Source: an uncultured Gammaproteobacteria bacterium (GTDB lineage: Bacteria > Pseudomonadota > Gammaproteobacteria > JAAEPA01). From it: a DNA stretch of 64,000 nucleotides. The DNA lies in NCBI GenBank assembly GCA_963731655.1, contig CAVSWL010000005.1, forward strand, positions 282,926-346,925. Direction: 5' to 3'. A program made the position numbers and the translations under genes. Shown one piece after another: positions 60,697-64,000 of this stretch (positions are counted from its first letter, which is position 1; each line of letters opens with the position of its first letter). The notes under the pieces were generated by a model. It searched no databases and was not told the DNA's origin. It worked only from the letters and a program-made list of their open reading frames with translations.

Positions 60697-63418
60697 GATC
60701 TTCGTGGAGAATCGGCCTTTTCCAGCAGATCCATCGCAAAATATGCTGCATGCGAGTCTTTCGCTGGGCTTTAATTTGCCGTATTTCTGCTGGCACCCGG
60801 CGCTCGGTTCGGTCGGCGCCTGTCGGCAATGCGCGGTGAAGCAGTTTAAGGATGAGGAGGATACCCGAGGGCGCATCGTTATGGCCTGCATGCTACCTGC
60901 GGTCGATGGTACGCGAATTTCGATAAATGATCCCGAGGCGCGGGAGTTTCGCAAGGCTGTTATCGAATGGCTTATGAACAATCATCCGCACGACTGCCCT
61001 GTCTGCGAGGAAGGCGGGGAATGCCATCTGCAAGATATGACGATAATGAGCGGGCATGTCTACCGCCGTCATCGTTTTCCGAAGCGAACCTTCCGCAATC
61101 AGGCGCTCGGTCCTTTTATTGGCCATGAGATGAACCGCTGTATTACCTGTTATCGGTGCATACGTTTGTATCAAGACTATGCCGGTGGGCAGGATCTGCA
61201 GGCGTTTGCGATTGGCAACCGGGTGTACTTCGGCCGGCATGAGGACGGAATACTGGAAAACGAGTTCAGTGGAAATCTGGTCGAAGTCTGTCCGACGGGC
61301 GTATTTACCGACAAGACCTTCGGCCATGCTTACACGCGCAAGTGGGACCTGCGTTGCGCGCCATCGATCTGCGTACATTGTGCCGTGGGTTGCAATACCA
61401 GTCCCGGTGAGCGATACGGTGAGCTACGGCGCATCATGAACCGTTACAACGGGGCGGTGAACGGGTATTTTCTCTGCGACCGCGGACGTTTTGGTTACGG
61501 CTTCGTCAACAGCGAGCGGCGCATCCGCAAGGTACTCAGCCGATCCTCGGAGAGTGGCGGCGTGTTTCGATCCCAAGAGGAGAGGCTGGCTATTGCCCAG
61601 CTAGCCGCGCGAGTGCAGGCGAAGCGTGCCATCGGCATCGGCTCAGCTCGGGCCTCGTTAGAAGCCAATTTTGCGCTGCGTTCGCTGGTCGGCAGCGAGC
61701 GTTTTTTCGCCGGGGTATCCCTTGCCGAGCACACTCTGGTGAAGCGGGCGCTTGAAATTTTACGGTCTGGTCCGGTAGCCGCCGCAACGCTCCCGGATAT
61801 GGAGCAGGCCGACGCGGTGCTCGTGCTCGGCGAGGATCTGACGAATACGGCTCCGCGGGTGGCCTTGGCGTTGCGCCAAACCCTGCGCCAACGCGCCCGG
61901 ACGATTGCGGCTCGGGAGGGTATCCCTGCCTGGCAAGACGCTTCCGTTCGGCAGGCGGCCGGGCCGGCCTCGTCTCCGATCTTCATCGCAAGTGTCGACA
62001 CCACGCCGCTTGATACGGCGGCCGGTGAAAGCTGGTACGCACCCCCCGATGATCTCGCACGGTTGGGGTTTGGTGTCGCGCACGCGTTGCTGGACCGGCT
62101 CCCGGCGGTCGAGATGCATTCCTCGGAAATGCGTGATTTCGCCGAACGCATGGCACGGGCTTTAGGTGCTGCCGAGCGGCCGCTGATTGTGAGCGGTACG
62201 GGATGTGGCAGCACCGCCGTGCTCGAGGCAGCGGCGGATCTGGCTTGGGCATTACATGCCCGGGGGCAACATCCGCGAGTGTATTTCGCACTGCGCGAGT
62301 GCAATAGCGCAGGGCTAGCCTTGATGAACGCGTCACCGATCGAAGACGCCTTTAAGCGCTTGAAGACGCAGGATATCGATACGCTAATCGTTCTGGAAAA
62401 CGACCTCTTCCGTCATGCGAGTCGGGGTGAGGTTGAGACCGCGCTTGCAGAAGCAGACAGCGTGGCGGTGATCGATCAGCTTCATCACGCCACGGCAGAG
62501 CGCGCCAAGTTGCTCTTTCCTGCCGCCACCTTCGCCGAGAGCGACGGGACGCTGGTCAGTGCGGAAGGACGGGCGCAACGCTACTTTCAGGTGTTCCCGC
62601 CCGAGACGCCAATCCGCGAAAGTTGGCGCTGGCTCGATGCCTTACGCCAGGCGGCCGACGTAGCCCCTTCGGGTTGGCCTACCCTGGATGCGGTGAACAT
62701 GGATTGCGCACGTGAATGGTCAATCTTTACGCCGATATCGCGGGCGGCCCCGGCGTCCGGCTATCGTATGCACGGGATGCGAATCGCGCGCAGCCCACAA
62801 CGTTATAGCGGGCGCACGGCGATGACGGCGAATCGGTCCGTGCATGAGCCCAAACCGCCGGAAGATCCAGATGCGCCGCTGTCTTTTTCCATGGAGGGGT
62901 ATCAAGGAGCTGGTATACCGCCGTCGCTGCTGCCCTTCGTCTGGACGCCAGCGTGGAACTCCAACGCGGCGGTGAACAAGTTTCAGGAAGAGATTGCCGG
63001 GCCGCTGCGCGGCGGCAATCCCGGCGTGCGGCTGATCGACCCGTCCAGCGCAGCCAGACCGCAGTTCTTCAGCACATACCCTGCCGTGTTCCAACCGCGT
63101 GCCGGCGAGTGGTTGCTATTGCCCTTGTATCACATCTTTGGCAGTGAAGCACTGAGCAGGCAGGCCGAACCCATCGCACAACGGTCTCCGAGGCCCTACC
63201 TGGCGCTTTGCCCGCAGGATGCCGAGGCACAGGACATCGTGGCAGGAGACGAGGTGCAAGTGGAATTGCAGGGGAACGTTTATCGGCTGGCGACATCGAT
63301 CCATCCGGCACTCGTCCCGGGAACGGCGGGCTTGCCGGTGGGTTTAATTGGGCTCGAAGACGTTATCCTGCCGGCCTGGGGGGTTGTGCGTGTCGCAAGC
63401 AGCGAGGAGCAAGCCTAA
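60689..63418 (+). CDS. nuoG: NADH-quinone oxidoreductase subunit G
   Basis: 909 aa from [11 protein letters not shown], overlapping the nuoF stop. 2Fe-2S and 4Fe-4S cysteine clusters ([17 protein letters not shown]; [16 protein letters not shown]). The track ORF has a spurious upstream extension. Confidence 0.95.
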   Translation: MAKIFVENRPFPADPSQNMLHASLSLGFNLPYFCWHPALGSVGACRQCAVKQFKDEEDTRGRIVMACMLPAVDGTRISINDPEAREFRKAVIEWLMNNHPHDCPVCEEGGECHLQDMTIMSGHVYRRHRFPKRTFRNQALGPFIGHEMNRCITCYRCIRLYQDYAGGQDLQAFAIGNRVYFGRHEDGILENEFSGNLVEVCPTGVFTDKTFGHAYTRKWDLRCAPSICVHCAVGCNTSPGERYGELRRIMNRYNGAVNGYFLCDRGRFGYGFVNSERRIRKVLSRSSESGGVFRSQEERLAIAQLAARVQAKRAIGIGSARASLEANFALRSLVGSERFFAGVSLAEHTLVKRALEILRSGPVAAATLPDMEQADAVLVLGEDLTNTAPRVALALRQTLRQRARTIAAREGIPAWQDASVRQAAGPASSPIFIASVDTTPLDTAAGESWYAPPDDLARLGFGVAHALLDRLPAVEMHSSEMRDFAERMARALGAAERPLIVSGTGCGSTAVLEAAADLAWALHARGQHPRVYFALRECNSAGLALMNASPIEDAFKRLKTQDIDTLIVLENDLFRHASRGEVETALAEADSVAVIDQLHHATAERAKLLFPAATFAESDGTLVSAEGRAQRYFQVFPPETPIRESWRWLDALRQAADVAPSGWPTLDAVNMDCAREWSIFTPISRAAPASGYRMHGMRIARSPQRYSGRTAMTANRSVHEPKPPEDPDAPLSFSMEGYQGAGIPPSLLPFVWTPAWNSNAAVNKFQEEIAGPLRGGNPGVRLIDPSSAARPQFFSTYPAVFQPRAGEWLLLPLYHIFGSEALSRQAEPIAQRSPRPYLALCPQDAEAQDIVAGDEVQVELQGNVYRLATSIHPALVPGTAGLPVGLIGLEDVILPAWGVVRVASSEEQA

Positions 63419-64000
63419 TGAGCGAGACTTCCCTAGTCTGGCTGAACGTCGGGGGTATCTTGCTGGCGCTGCTGTTTGTCTCGGCCCTGCTGACCTGGGT
63501 CGAGCGACGCCTGCTCGGGTTGTGGCAGGATCGCTACGGACCAAACCGAGTCGGGCCATTCGGCTTTCTGCAGGCAGTAGCCGATGGGATCAAGCTGCTA
63601 ACCAAGGAAGATTGGGTGCCGCCATTCGCCGAGCGCGCGATCTTCGTAATCGCTCCGGCCATCGTGATGGCCGTCATGCTGATCGCCTTTGCCGTGGTCC
63701 CGATTGCGCCAGGCATCGGTGTGATCGACCTCAACATCGGTTTGCTGTTCTTTCTCGCCATGACCTCGCTCGCGGTCTACAGCGTCGCGCTCGGCGGATG
63801 GGCTTCCAACAGCAAGTACTCGTTGCTGGGCGGACTGCGCGCGGCCGCCCAAATGGTCAGCTACGAGGTCTTCATGGGGTTGTCCCTCATGGGCGTGGTG
63901 ATTCTTGCCGGCAGCTTCAATCTGCGCGAAATCGTGGAGGCGCAACGCGGCTTGTGGTTTTTCATCCCCCAGTTTCTCGGGCTAGTGATTTTTCTTATCG
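63418..64000 (+). CDS. nuoH: NADH-quinone oxidoreductase subunit H (5' part; continues beyond the window)
   Basis: ATG overlapping the nuo[65 protein letters not shown]... is the conserved NuoH N-terminus. Runs off the window end. Confidence 0.9.
   Translation, partial: MSETSLVWLNVGGILLALLFVSALLTWVERRLLGLWQDRYGPNRVGPFGFLQAVADGIKLLTKEDWVPPFAERAIFVIAPAIVMAVMLIAFAVVPIAPGIGVIDLNIGLLFFLAMTSLAVYSVALGGWASNSKYSLLGGLRAAAQMVSYEVFMGLSLMGVVILAGSFNLREIVEAQRGLWFFIPQFLGLVIFLI

Overview
A GC-rich (~58%) proteobacterial chromosomal window whose right end (56.1-64.0 kb) is the start of the NADH:quinone oxidoreductase operon nuoA-B-CD-E-F-G-H(partial). The fused nuoCD points to a gammaproteobacterial-type complex I. 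Intact genes include Fe-superoxide dismutase (sodB), cyclopropane-fatty-acyl-phospholipid synthase, an RND efflux pair (adaptor plus AcrB-like pump, no outer-membrane factor), a transaldolase-transketolase fusion, DNA polymerase X, nicotinamidase PncA, MgtC, a PAS-rich hybrid sensor kinase, a KaiC-like double-RecA ATPase followed by a hybrid histidine kinase with an N-terminal pseudo-receiver, and an acyl-CoA-ligase/ACP/PlsC tri-domain (Aas-like) enzyme. A periplasmic operon (di-haem cytochrome c peroxidase, Tat-exported metallophosphoesterase, mono-haem cytochrome c) has a ~1.5 kb segmental duplication 7.9 kb downstream, next to an ISL3 remnant. The window carries much mobile DNA and gene decay: an intact IS630-family IS, IS110 and ISL3 transposase fragments, a MITE-like element with a 9-bp target duplication, a group II intron directly after polX whose RT gene is split by a nested 2.7 kb element encoding a large serine recombinase, and many pseudogene fragments (phosphoketolase, HhH-GPD glycosylase, OmpA, SOD, PAP2, SMUG-like UDG, aconitase, arylsulfotransferase-like, EF-hand). 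There are low-GC islands at ~10.4-13.8 kb and ~24.6-26.7 kb. Two short sequence families recur in intergenic DNA: an 18-bp palindrome CATTGA-N6-TCAATG upstream of stress-type genes (a candidate regulon), and paired GTGTAA-N3-TTACAC boxes at five sites. No rRNA, CRISPR array or convincing tRNA was seen.
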